Assembly: GCA_041180165.1 (NCBI GenBank)
Contig: JBEGSC010000003.1
Location: 92,902-156,901 of the forward strand
Source: Pseudomonadota bacterium
Lineage (GTDB): Bacteria; Pseudomonadota; Gammaproteobacteria; Burkholderiales; Burkholderiaceae_C
Length of the DNA: 64,000 nucleotides
Direction of reading: 5' to 3'
Position 1 is the first letter of the stretch. Each line of letters begins with the position of its first letter. The position numbers were made by a program, and so were the translations under genes. Positions 42,029 through 50,715 of this stretch are shown here, piece by piece. The notes under the pieces were generated by a model that had not been told where the DNA came from, did not search any database, and was given only the letters and a program-made list of their open reading frames with translations.

Positions 42029-42622
42029 TTACAACTTCAAAGCTTCCCACACGCGATACGCAGCATACGCATCGTTGGCGGCGTAAACCAGCTGTGATTC
42101 GCTCAAGCGCAAATTGGCCCAATTGCTGGTGGCGGCCTTCTTTGACTTTTGAAAACGCTGGTTGAACAGCACAGCCACTGCGCCTTTGACGCCCATTTCT
42201 TTGCGATAGCCCTGGGCTTTGAAAATGGTGTTCAGTTCCAAAATGCCCGCAGGCTCCACACCAAATTTTTGGATGATGCGTTTGCGGTCGTCTCCCAAAC
42301 CAAAGCCTGCTTTGGCAATGCCTTCGCGCGCTAACAAGTCGGCAGCCACAGCGCGGCACTCGGGGTCGTGCAGCTGAAACACCCAAGCGCGTTCGCCCGT
42401 GGCGAGTTGCAACACATGCGGACCGTCAGACGCTTCGCCCACGCGAAAGGTCGGCTTCGATTCAGTGTCAAAACCCCAAGCGTTTGAGGTGATCAACGCA
42501 TCGTGTGCGAGCTGCGCTTGTTGGCCGGTGTTGACCAAGGTGATGCGGTCAAGCCCCAAACGAGGAAACTCTGGAAGCAGGGCGATGGCTTCTTTGTCGG
42601 GAGTGTCGCGGCGTTGTGTCAT
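42029..42622 (-). CDS. 3'-5' exonuclease (DEDDy, WRN/RNase D-like)
   Basis: GFDTESKP, LQLAT, SNW..L.ESQLVYAANDA. Confidence 0.9.
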   Translation of the reverse strand: MTQRRDTPDKEAIALLPEFPRLGLDRITLVNTGQQAQLAHDALITSNAWGFDTESKPTFRVGEASDGPHVLQLATGERAWVFQLHDPECRAVAADLLAREGIAKAGFGLGDDRKRIIQKFGVEPAGILELNTIFKAQGYRKEMGVKGAVAVLFNQRFQKSKKAATSNWANLRLSESQLVYAANDAYAAYRVWEALKL

Positions 42623-42634
42623 GTGTGGCTGATC

Positions 42635-43573
42635 TCAACGCTTCTTAGATTTGAACGCCGTTTTCTTGTTTTTCTCAATCGCCTCTTTGCGCACGGCGCG
42701 TTCGGCATCGGCTTGTTTGCCTTCGGCCAACCAAGCGGCAAATTCTTCTGGCGTTTCTAGCGTGATGCGCCCCAATGCGGCTGAGCGGAAATCGTGAATG
42801 ACGATGTGCGCGGCTTTGGTGAGGTTAATACGCCCACCGCTTTGCACCGCGCCGCGTTTGCGGCCAATGGCCTCCAACATTTCTTCGTCGGTGTGGCTGG
42901 CCACGTCGTCGATGGTGTAGCGCTGCTTGAGCTCGTTGGGGTAGTGCGGGATGAGATAGTTGAGCAACTCAAGCGCGACGGTTTCTTCGTCAAACGCATT
43001 CACGCCAATCGCGCCGCTGGCGGCGAGGTTGAAGCCGCTTTGCTCAACGATGATGCGCGGCCACAGCACGCCGGGCGTGTCGTACAAATAAAAGTCATCG
43101 GCCAAGGCAATGCGCTGTTCTGTTTTGGTCACGCCAGCTTCGTCGCCCGTCTTGGCGGCGCGTTTGCCTTTGAGCGTGTTGATGAGGGTGGACTTGCCCA
43201 CGTTGGGAATGCCGCAAATGAGCACGCGCATGGGCTTGACCATGCCGCCACGGTTGGGCGCGAGTTGTTGGCAAGCCTCAATCAATGCTTTGGCGGGGGA
43301 CGTCATGCTGGTGTCCAAGCCAATGGCACGCACACCGGGCATGGCGTTGTAGTGGGCCAGCCACAAGGCGGTGCGGGCAGGGTCTGCCAAATCTTGTTTG
43401 CTCAAAATCTTGAGCGCGGGTTTGGTTTTGATCAGCTCGGCCAGCATCGGATTAGCGCTCGAACCCGGCAAGCGGGCGTCGAGCATTTCGATGACAACGT
43501 CAATCTCTTTGATGCGCTCCCCAATCGCCTTGCGCGTGAGGTGCATGTGTCCGGGGAACCATTGAATAGCCAT
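42635..43573 (-). CDS. rbgA: Ribosome biogenesis GTPase RbgA/YlqF
   Basis: MAIQWFPGHM, LDARLP, GIPNVGKST, DTPGVLWP (circularly permuted GTPase). Confidence 0.96.
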   Translation of the reverse strand: MAIQWFPGHMHLTRKAIGERIKEIDVVIEMLDARLPGSSANPMLAELIKTKPALKILSKQDLADPARTALWLAHYNAMPGVRAIGLDTSMTSPAKALIEACQQLAPNRGGMVKPMRVLICGIPNVGKSTLINTLKGKRAAKTGDEAGVTKTEQRIALADDFYLYDTPGVLWPRIIVEQSGFNLAASGAIGVNAFDEETVALELLNYLIPHYPNELKQRYTIDDVASHTDEEMLEAIGRKRGAVQSGGRINLTKAAHIVIHDFRSAALGRITLETPEEFAAWLAEGKQADAERAVRKEAIEKNKKTAFKSKKR

Positions 43574-43588
43574 AGCCTTGATTGTCGT

Positions 43589-44323
43589 TCACGCGGCGTG
43601 GGTGGCTGCCTGCAATCGCAGATGCACGTCATCGGCCAAATCAACGGGCAGTTGTTGCTTGGCTTTGAGGTAGTGCTCGGTGAACACTTCAAAGTAGGCG
43701 TTGAGGGCTTCGGCGGCTTGCGTGTCATCAGCCATCGCCAAACACATCGCACCCACTTCGGCGGTGCAAAGGTGCGCTTCGCTTTGAGCACGACGCAGTT
43801 TGTAGCGTGAGAGTTGTTCGGGGTGCAGGCTGAGCACTGGAAAGTTTTGCAGATAGGGGCTTTTGCGAAACATCTTGCGGGCTTCGTCCCATGTGCCGTC
43901 GAGCAGGATGAACAAGGGGCGCTTGGTGTCGTCGTGTTTGACCTCATGCACCACGCGTGCATCATCGGCAAACTCAGCAGGGAACACCACATAGGGTTGC
44001 CATTGCGGGTCGTTCAACAACGCTAACAGTGCAGGGTCAACTTCGGTACGCGCCCAACCAAACGCAAAGGTATCGGCCACCACATCGGCAATAAGCCAGC
44101 CGGTGTTGCTGGGTTTGAGTGGCTCGATGTCGGCCATGAGCAAACACATGCCTGCGCGTGTGGGCACATCGGGGCGCAGAGTGCAGATGCAGTGGGAGGG
44201 GACTAAGCGGCAGCCGTTGCAGCGTTCACCTTTAGGGCCGCCACGGGCTAGAAAGGGTTTGACGCTGCGGGCGAGGCGGGCTGCGCGTAGGCGAGCAACC
44301 GCGTGAGGTAAGTCAGCAGACAC
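43589..44323 (-). CDS. tapT: DTW-domain tRNA-uridine aminocarboxypropyltransferase (TapT/YfiP-like)
   Basis: CxxC..CxC zinc motif, KPSNTG, LDGTW.EARKMFRKS, LCTAEV. Confidence 0.88.
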   Translation of the reverse strand: MSADLPHAVARLRAARLARSVKPFLARGGPKGERCNGCRLVPSHCICTLRPDVPTRAGMCLLMADIEPLKPSNTGWLIADVVADTFAFGWARTEVDPALLALLNDPQWQPYVVFPAEFADDARVVHEVKHDDTKRPLFILLDGTWDEARKMFRKSPYLQNFPVLSLHPEQLSRYKLRRAQSEAHLCTAEVGAMCLAMADDTQAAEALNAYFEVFTEHYLKAKQQLPVDLADDVHLRLQAATHAA

Positions 44324-44326
44324 AGC

Positions 44327-45529
44327 TTAGTCCGCCACATTGCACTCGCGGCGCAACAGCGCCAGTGCATCATGCAGTTTGTAGTCGTGGTCGCTCTCAA
44401 GCGTGTCGAGTGATTCATCGATGAAGGCTTCCCACATGTCGATGTAATCGTCTTGATGTTCAGCCGGTGCATTGGCTTGGATGAACGCGGTAGCTAACTC
44501 GGGTTGCACGCCTGATTTACGAATTTTGCGAATCAGCGTGGCAGCGGTTTTTTCGGTCAGCAGTGTTTTGCCTGTGCTGCCTGTGGCGATGCACAAAAAG
44601 AGGGTGAGCAGCGAACTGTCGTCGCTGTGGCCCCCCGTGGCTTTGGACCATGCGGCAGAGGTTTGACGGTCAAAGTGATCGACCTCAGACAAGCCGTCTT
44701 CCACCCAAAAGTAGCGGCCTACAAATGCGGGTGTTTGGTTGAACAACTTTTGCGGTGTGAGTTTGGCATCCAAAATTTTGGGTAAGTCAGCCTCAACGCT
44801 TTGTCGCACTTGCTCGACGGCAGCTTTGAATTCAATGGGCAAGTTTTTAGGCGCAGCCAAGTTGATGGTTTTAGTGGCGCTCGGCTTGCGCAAGGTGGCG
44901 ATGATTTTTTGAAAGGCCACCCAGTCTGGCATCTCTTTGTGTTTGGTGGCAGCTGCCAACAACGCCGTGCGAATGACGGCCTCGGCATCGCAGCCCGCTT
45001 CTTCTAAATCATCGGCGTGCAGGCCGAGTTGGTCTGCTAGCCAAATGGCGGCGTCGATGACGTGCGCCACTTGTTGGCGCTTGGCCAGCTCGGCTTGGTA
45101 GTCAGCCAAATTGCACAGCGACCACTTGGCCAATTGTGGGATGTGTTTGTCGCTGAAGCCGCCGTGTTCGTTCATGCCAAAGTGCGTGTTTTGCGGCATG
45201 ACGATGAGGGCTTTGAGCATGTCTGATGCAGCCTTCGAGCGCGACATGAATGAGTTCTCGCGCAAATGCTCGGCAGCTTTGCGCAAGTCGCCACCGCTTT
45301 GAATTTCAAGCGTGAGGCTGACCAAGTTGACGATGCGGTCTTTGGCTTTTTCTAACTCTGGGCGCAAAAACTCGCTGCCAAAGTAACGCGCAATTTGCAC
45401 CATGCCTTTGGGCGCATCAGTTTGAATGGCTTCTAACTTTGCAGCGTCCAAGATGCCATGTTGCACGCCGTAGGCAAGCGCCTTTTCAAAGAAAGGGCGG
45501 TCATCAAAGATGGCGATGGATTGCGTCAT
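44327..45529 (-). CDS. atcC: AtcC-like protein (assigned by synteny), 400 aa helical hypothetical
   Basis: Third and largest hypothetical gene after the PX7W J-protein; synteny inference only. Confidence 0.55.
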   Translation of the reverse strand: MTQSIAIFDDRPFFEKALAYGVQHGILDAAKLEAIQTDAPKGMVQIARYFGSEFLRPELEKAKDRIVNLVSLTLEIQSGGDLRKAAEHLRENSFMSRSKAASDMLKALIVMPQNTHFGMNEHGGFSDKHIPQLAKWSLCNLADYQAELAKRQQVAHVIDAAIWLADQLGLHADDLEEAGCDAEAVIRTALLAAATKHKEMPDWVAFQKIIATLRKPSATKTINLAAPKNLPIEFKAAVEQVRQSVEADLPKILDAKLTPQKLFNQTPAFVGRYFWVEDGLSEVDHFDRQTSAAWSKATGGHSDDSSLLTLFLCIATGSTGKTLLTEKTAATLIRKIRKSGVQPELATAFIQANAPAEHQDDYIDMWEAFIDESLDTLESDHDYKLHDALALLRRECNVAD

Positions 45530-45543
45530 GGTGGCGAGTCAGC

Positions 45544-46299
45544 TTAGATCGCGGATTCTTCGTCAGAGTCACGCGCAGCGGGTGTGGCTTGGCCGCGGTC
45601 GGTGGCGCTGGTCTCGACCTTGCCATCGTCTTCTTCATCTTCTTCGTCGGAGAGGCCTGCATCAAACGCGCGTGCTTTGGCGCGCAGCACCAAGAGCATC
45701 TCGATGAAGAGGTCTGGAATTTTGTGGCGCAAGATCCAAGCGAGTTGCATCCAGTCTTGGTCGGCCACTTCGTCTTCTTCGACTCGGGGCTTCACATAGG
45801 CCGAGCCGAGCAGGGCGCTTTCAGACAGCATGTCACCGTCGTCTTCCATGGTGTCAAACGTGCCGGTGCGGGCGAAGGCTTCGATGCGGCTCCACTTTTC
45901 GCTGAAGTAATCGGCCAGCGCTTCAGCGCCGCCCTCCAAATCGCCAATCGCGGTGAGGAACTCAATCGGGTCTGCGTCTTCACGAAAGATGATGGAATTC
46001 ATCATGCCGCGCAAGTGGGTTCGTGTGAGGTCTTTGTATTGTTTTTCAATCACCACGGCACGCGCAAATTGCTCGGGCGTGACCAAGAGGTTGATGACCG
46101 ATTCTTTAGACGTGTCGTACTCACGAATGACGGCCAAGATGTCTTTGGGCGGCAGCTGCTCCAGCACCACCATCAAGGCTTGATCGCCCTCAGCATCGGC
46201 CAGCTCGACCAGCGCAGCTTCAGCGCCTGTGATGTCGCCTGCGGCAATGAGGCTTTGTGTTTTGGTGATCAGTGCAATGGCATTGGTTTTGTCGGTCAT
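45544..46299 (-). CDS. atcB: AtcB-like protein (assigned by synteny), acidic 251 aa
   Basis: Second hypothetical gene after the J-protein; highly acidic C-terminus; synteny inference only. Confidence 0.55.
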   Translation of the reverse strand: MTDKTNAIALITKTQSLIAAGDITGAEAALVELADAEGDQALMVVLEQLPPKDILAVIREYDTSKESVINLLVTPEQFARAVVIEKQYKDLTRTHLRGMMNSIIFREDADPIEFLTAIGDLEGGAEALADYFSEKWSRIEAFARTGTFDTMEDDGDMLSESALLGSAYVKPRVEEDEVADQDWMQLAWILRHKIPDLFIEMLLVLRAKARAFDAGLSDEEDEEDDGKVETSATDRGQATPAARDSDEESAI

Positions 46300-46311
46300 G
46301 GGGTCACCTGT

Positions 46312-46854
46312 TTATTCTTTGCTGTCGAAGCCTTGTTCAACCATCCACGCGTTGCCTGCTTCTTCGCGTTCGCGGGCCTCGCGCTCTTCGTCCGATTCGG
46401 CTTGGTCGCCGCGTTCGACGTTTTCCAAGTCTTCATCGGCATCTGCGCTATTGGCGCTGCGTCGCATCGGCGTGCCGTGCATGTACTCCAGGGCTGCGGC
46501 CACGCTCATGAACCAAGCGCCCACAGGTTCAGCCAAGATTTTGTCGACGATGGGTTGTGCCCAAGGTGCAATGCGCACGCCTTCAGACAAGGTATCCCAA
46601 CTCAGCAAATCATCGGCATCCAAGGTGATGAAGTGGTCCATCAACTCGGGCTCATGGAACTCAAAGGCTTGGTGCAACACCACAGCCACCATCTCGGGGC
46701 TGAGATCCATCATCTGCAACAGGAACTCTAGCTCTTGGCGCTTTTCAGCCAAACGCTTGTCGAGGATGTAGTGGCCTTCTGAATCTGAGTTCAGATCGTC
46801 CAGCTCGGCTTGGTAAGCCGTGCGCAGTTCTTGGAAAAAAGGAGAAATGCTCAT
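46312..46854 (-). CDS. atcA: AtcA-like protein (assigned by synteny), acidic 180 aa
   Basis: First hypothetical gene after the J-protein; acidic tail ending W..EQGFD; synteny inference only. Confidence 0.55.
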   Translation of the reverse strand: MSISPFFQELRTAYQAELDDLNSDSEGHYILDKRLAEKRQELEFLLQMMDLSPEMVAVVLHQAFEFHEPELMDHFITLDADDLLSWDTLSEGVRIAPWAQPIVDKILAEPVGAWFMSVAAALEYMHGTPMRRSANSADADEDLENVERGDQAESDEEREAREREEAGNAWMVEQGFDSKE

Positions 46855-46884
46855 GGTGTGTGGGCCTGTGCCTGTACGTGCGAG

Positions 46885-47169
46885 TTAGGAGCGGTTTAGC
46901 ACTTGCTGAAAATACGCGCCCCAAATCTCGCGTGCAGTTTGCGCGGGGTCGTCCAACAAGTTGCGGCGACGGTTGTCGTCATAGGCTTTGCGTTTGTCGT
47001 CGTCTGACAGCACGTCGTAGGCCTCTTGCACCTCGCGAAAACGTGCAGGTGCATCGGGGTCGCTGTTGCGGTCGGGGTGAAACTGCGAGGCTTTTTGGCG
47101 AAACGCGCGTTTGATGTCCGACAGCGTGGCATCGCTTTTGAGACCTAAGGCGGCGTAGTGTTCAGACAC
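46885..47169 (-). CDS. atcJ: Short J-domain co-chaperone, AtcJ-like (94 aa)
   Basis: HYAALGL..IKRAFR..HPD..F.EVQEAYDVLSD..KRKAYD; tail PAQTAREIW matches PX7W. Confidence 0.8.
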   Translation of the reverse strand: MSEHYAALGLKSDATLSDIKRAFRQKASQFHPDRNSDPDAPARFREVQEAYDVLSDDDKRKAYDDNRRRNLLDDPAQTAREIWGAYFQQVLNRS

Positions 47170-47203
47170 GTGAAACTCTTGTTGAATGACAGCGGTTGAG
47201 AAA

Positions 47204-47728
47204 TTAAAGTGATTGCTTTAGGCGAATTTCTTCCACCTTGACAGGGCCCATGGGCACAGTCTTGGCGCTCGACATTTCGCGTTTGAAACCCGCCAGTTCG
47301 TGAAAGCGCATGGCGCGGTCGTTGGCGATGGGAACCCAGATAGACACATGGGTGCAGCCTTCGTCTTGCAGGCCTTCGCGAGCAGCATCCCACAAAGCCA
47401 AACCTACGCCTTGGCCCCAGTAAGCGGCATCGACATAGATGTCCCAAATTTCACCCATGGTGTTGGGCGTGCCTTTGTCGCGTGAACGGTCAAAGCCAAC
47501 AAAGCCAATGATCTTGCTGCCATCCACGGCAACTTGCACTTGGGGCTCAGCAAATTCAATAGCTTCGCGCCAGTAAACGGTGTTTTTTTCTTCGGGGACG
47601 GGCAAGACTTTGCTACCCGTTTGCATGGTTTTGAAAGCTTCTTTGGCGGTGGCTGCGTACAGCTCGGCGATTTTGGCGGCGTCGCGCATCGTGGCGGGAC
47701 GGACTTCAACAGTTGTCAGGTCGGACAT
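47204..47728 (-). CDS. GNAT family N-acetyltransferase
   Basis: IYVDAAYWGQGVG (Q/RxxGxG), N.RA.RFHE..GF. Confidence 0.9.
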   Translation of the reverse strand: MSDLTTVEVRPATMRDAAKIAELYAATAKEAFKTMQTGSKVLPVPEEKNTVYWREAIEFAEPQVQVAVDGSKIIGFVGFDRSRDKGTPNTMGEIWDIYVDAAYWGQGVGLALWDAAREGLQDEGCTHVSIWVPIANDRAMRFHELAGFKREMSSAKTVPMGPVKVEEIRLKQSL

Positions 47729-47849
47729 TCGGGGAACAATTCAGATTTCAGTAAAGCCCGCTATTGTCCCAGTAAATCTAGCGCGGCTCAGAGTTGGGTA
47801 GAGTAATGCCTTCGCTGCGTGCAGCCTTCTTTGTCTAACTCCCAAATCC

Positions 47850-48803
47850 ATGCTCATTCTTGCCCCAATGGAGGGCCTGCTCGACTTTGTGCTGCGCGAC
47901 GTGCTGACCCGTATTGGCGGTGTGGACCGTTGTGTGTCAGAGTTCATCCGTGTCAGCGGCACCTTGCTGCCCGAGCGCACGTTTTTGCGCATCGTGCCCG
48001 AGCTAACCAACGGTGGCCGTACCTTGGCGGGCGTGCCTGTGCGCCCACAGTTATTGGGGTCTGACCCCCAATGTTTGGCTGATAACGCGGCACGTGTGGC
48101 GGGCATGGGCTGCGATGGGGTCGACCTCAACTTTGGTTGCCCCGCCAAACAAGTGAACCGCCACGGCGGTGGCTCGGTGCTGCTCCAAGACCCCGAGGTG
48201 CTGTACCAAATCGTGCGAGCCGTCCGCGCTGCTGTGCCAGCCCACCAAGTGGTGTCGGCCAAGATGCGCTTGGGCTTCAATGACGACAGCACAGCCGAAG
48301 AGTGCGCCTTGGCGTTAGAGGCGGGCGGTGCCAGCGAAATTGTGGTGCACGCCCGCACCAAGGCTGACGCGTATCGTCCGCCCGCGTATTGGCACCGCAT
48401 TGCAGATATCAAGGCCAAGGTGAAAACACCTTTGGTGGCGAATGGCGAAATTTGGAATGTGCAAGATGCCTTGCAAGCACGTGCTGAGTCGGGTTGTTTT
48501 GACTTGATGTTGGGGCGAGGGATGGTTGCGAATCCCGGACTGGGTTGGGCCATTCAAGCGCACGACGCTGCAGCGCAAGGTTTGCCCGCACCCTCTGCGC
48601 CAGTTCAATGGCAAGATCTGCCGCCGCACCTATACACGTTTTGGCAAATTGTGTCGGGCCATGTGAGCGAGCGGCACAGGGCAGGGCGCTTGAAGCAGTG
48701 GTTGAACTTTTTGCGCAAGCATTACCCCGAGGCAGAGGATGCTTATATGCACGTGAGGACCTTGACCAGCCCCAAAGACATAGATGCTTGGTTTGCAAAA
48801 TAA
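47850..48803 (+). CDS. dusC: tRNA-dihydrouridine synthase C
   Basis: LAPMEG, EFIRV, DLNFGCP, SAKMRLG, VHARTK..YRPPA, ANGEIW. Confidence 0.9.
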   Translation: MLILAPMEGLLDFVLRDVLTRIGGVDRCVSEFIRVSGTLLPERTFLRIVPELTNGGRTLAGVPVRPQLLGSDPQCLADNAARVAGMGCDGVDLNFGCPAKQVNRHGGGSVLLQDPEVLYQIVRAVRAAVPAHQVVSAKMRLGFNDDSTAEECALALEAGGASEIVVHARTKADAYRPPAYWHRIADIKAKVKTPLVANGEIWNVQDALQARAESGCFDLMLGRGMVANPGLGWAIQAHDAAAQGLPAPSAPVQWQDLPPHLYTFWQIVSGHVSERHRAGRLKQWLNFLRKHYPEAEDAYMHVRTLTSPKDIDAWFAK

Positions 48804-49959
48804 ACACCTCCATCCTTGGCAAGTCATCACAGGCGGCATTTGCGGCTTGGTGTTGACCATCGGTTTGGCTCGTTTTGCTTACACGCCTTTGTTGCCAAGC
48901 CTTCAAGCCCAAACGGGATTGACCGATACCGCCGCAGGTGGTTTGGCCGCCATCAATTACGCCGGTTACATGAGCGGTGCTTTAGCCGCCACATGGATTG
49001 ACGATGTGCGCTGGCGGCATTGGCTGTACAGCGCGGGTTTGTGGATGGCCTTGCTCACGGTGGCCGCGATGGCGTTGACGACTTGGATGCCTGCCTGGGC
49101 TTTGATTCGCTACATCGGTGGCTTGTGCGGCGCAACCGGCATGTTGTTGGGCTCTGGCTTGGTGTTGGGTTGGCTCATGCGCCAAGGCCGCAGGCCCGAG
49201 CTCGGTTTGTATTTCATTGGTTTAGGCCTGGGCATTGTGGTGTCGGCCATGGGCGCGTGGGGCTTGTCACATGTGTGGCCCACATGGTCGGACCAATGGT
49301 TGGCGTTTGCCGCACTGGGCTTGGTGTTTTTTGTGCCGGCTTGGAAGTGGCGTCCACCCGTGCCGCCGCAGGTGGTGGTGGCGCATGACGCAGCACCTGC
49401 TGCAGGCTTGGGTTCACGCCGTTGGGCGTGGACGATGTTGACCAGCTACTTTGCGGCGGGTTGGGGATTTGTGATCAGTGCCACATTCACCGTGGCAATT
49501 GTCGAGCGCGAGCCAGCACTAGCAGGTCAAGGCCCATTGGCTTGGGCAATGGTCGGCATGGCGGCCATGCCAGCAGTTTTCATTTGGGATTTGGTGGCGC
49601 GGCGTGTGGGTGACAAGCGGGCTTTGCTGTTGGCGTTTGGTTTGCAAACGCTCTCAGTCATGTTGCCCGCGATGTCGGGCGCGTTGTGGGCAGCGCTCGC
49701 AGGGGCTGTTGGCTATGGCGCAACATTCATTGGCATTGTGAGCATGACGTTGGCTTTGGTAGGACGCAGGGCACCTAACAACCCAGGCAAAGCGATGGCC
49801 AAGCTCACGCTGAGCTATGGCGTTGCGCAAATCCTAGCCCCCGTGATTGCAGGTCATATGGCGCAGACTACCGGCACGTTTAAGGGTGCGCTGTGGTTGA
49901 CGGCTTTTGTGATGACCGCAGGTCTGGCGCTGCTGGCAACGTTGCCCGAGGAGGGATGA
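48784..49959 (+). CDS. YbfB/YjiJ family MFS transporter
   Basis: IGLARFAYTPLLP, NYAGY. Confidence 0.88.
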   Translation: MLGLQNKHLHPWQVITGGICGLVLTIGLARFAYTPLLPSLQAQTGLTDTAAGGLAAINYAGYMSGALAATWIDDVRWRHWLYSAGLWMALLTVAAMALTTWMPAWALIRYIGGLCGATGMLLGSGLVLGWLMRQGRRPELGLYFIGLGLGIVVSAMGAWGLSHVWPTWSDQWLAFAALGLVFFVPAWKWRPPVPPQVVVAHDAAPAAGLGSRRWAWTMLTSYFAAGWGFVISATFTVAIVEREPALAGQGPLAWAMVGMAAMPAVFIWDLVARRVGDKRALLLAFGLQTLSVMLPAMSGALWAALAGAVGYGATFIGIVSMTLALVGRRAPNNPGKAMAKLTLSYGVAQILAPVIAGHMAQTTGTFKGALWLTAFVMTAGLALLATLPEEG

Positions 49960-49990
49960 GCGAATGGGCCGGGCGATTCAAGCGAGTTGC

Positions 49991-50698
49991 TCAAATGCCG
50001 TCGCTGGACAAAACAACCAGCCCCTTGGGGGTTTGCAAGGTGACTTTCAAATTCGCTGGGCCTTCGGTCACTGCGATGTGCTTGAGTTCAATCGCGTCAT
50101 AAGCCCCCTGCAATTTGTCCGCGCTCGGGTGACTCACTTCAATGCTTTGTAGTGTCACACCTGAGCGAGTGAGGGTGTTGCGTGGGTGTAGCTTGAGCGG
50201 GTCGGTGGCATCGGGCTTGCCCCATTGAATGAGCGTGGGCATACAGCCGTCGAACAAACGCTGGCCATCTGCGCGCACAGAAATTTGCCAATTGAGCGTG
50301 CCACGGTTGGTGCGGCGACTGCAGGGGACAGCGGGGCCGCGGTCGATGCCTTGCATGCGAATGGCCATGCGTGCGGCACGGATGTCGGGCGTGTTGACCA
50401 CAAAGTGGACCAAGCGCGGCTCTTTGGCTACGGCTTTTTGCAGGGCTGGGTTGTCCATGTCGTACCAGCGAGTGGGGCAAGCGCGTTTGGGCCGTACAGA
50501 AGCTGGGTTGATGGCGATGATTTCGACGTAGGCCATCGGGTTAGCGGGGGATGCAACCTTGAACAAGCGGTTGTGTGTGCCATAGAGCGTGTGCTCGCCG
50601 CCGGGTCCAGGCGTGATGCCCAGTGTGGCTTCGCACCATTGCACGCCTTGTTCTAAATTTTTGGCAACGATGACGAGATGGTCTATTTGTGTCTGCAT
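49991..50698 (-). CDS. VOC/glyoxalase-like (Glyoxalase_3) protein
   Basis: IDHLVI, GGEH..GTHNRL, YVEIIAI, PTLIQW. Confidence 0.88.
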   Translation of the reverse strand: MQTQIDHLVIVAKNLEQGVQWCEATLGITPGPGGEHTLYGTHNRLFKVASPANPMAYVEIIAINPASVRPKRACPTRWYDMDNPALQKAVAKEPRLVHFVVNTPDIRAARMAIRMQGIDRGPAVPCSRRTNRGTLNWQISVRADGQRLFDGCMPTLIQWGKPDATDPLKLHPRNTLTRSGVTLQSIEVSHPSADKLQGAYDAIELKHIAVTEGPANLKVTLQTPKGLVVLSSDGI

Positions 50699-50715
50699 GG
50701 GGCAGCACGATACCA

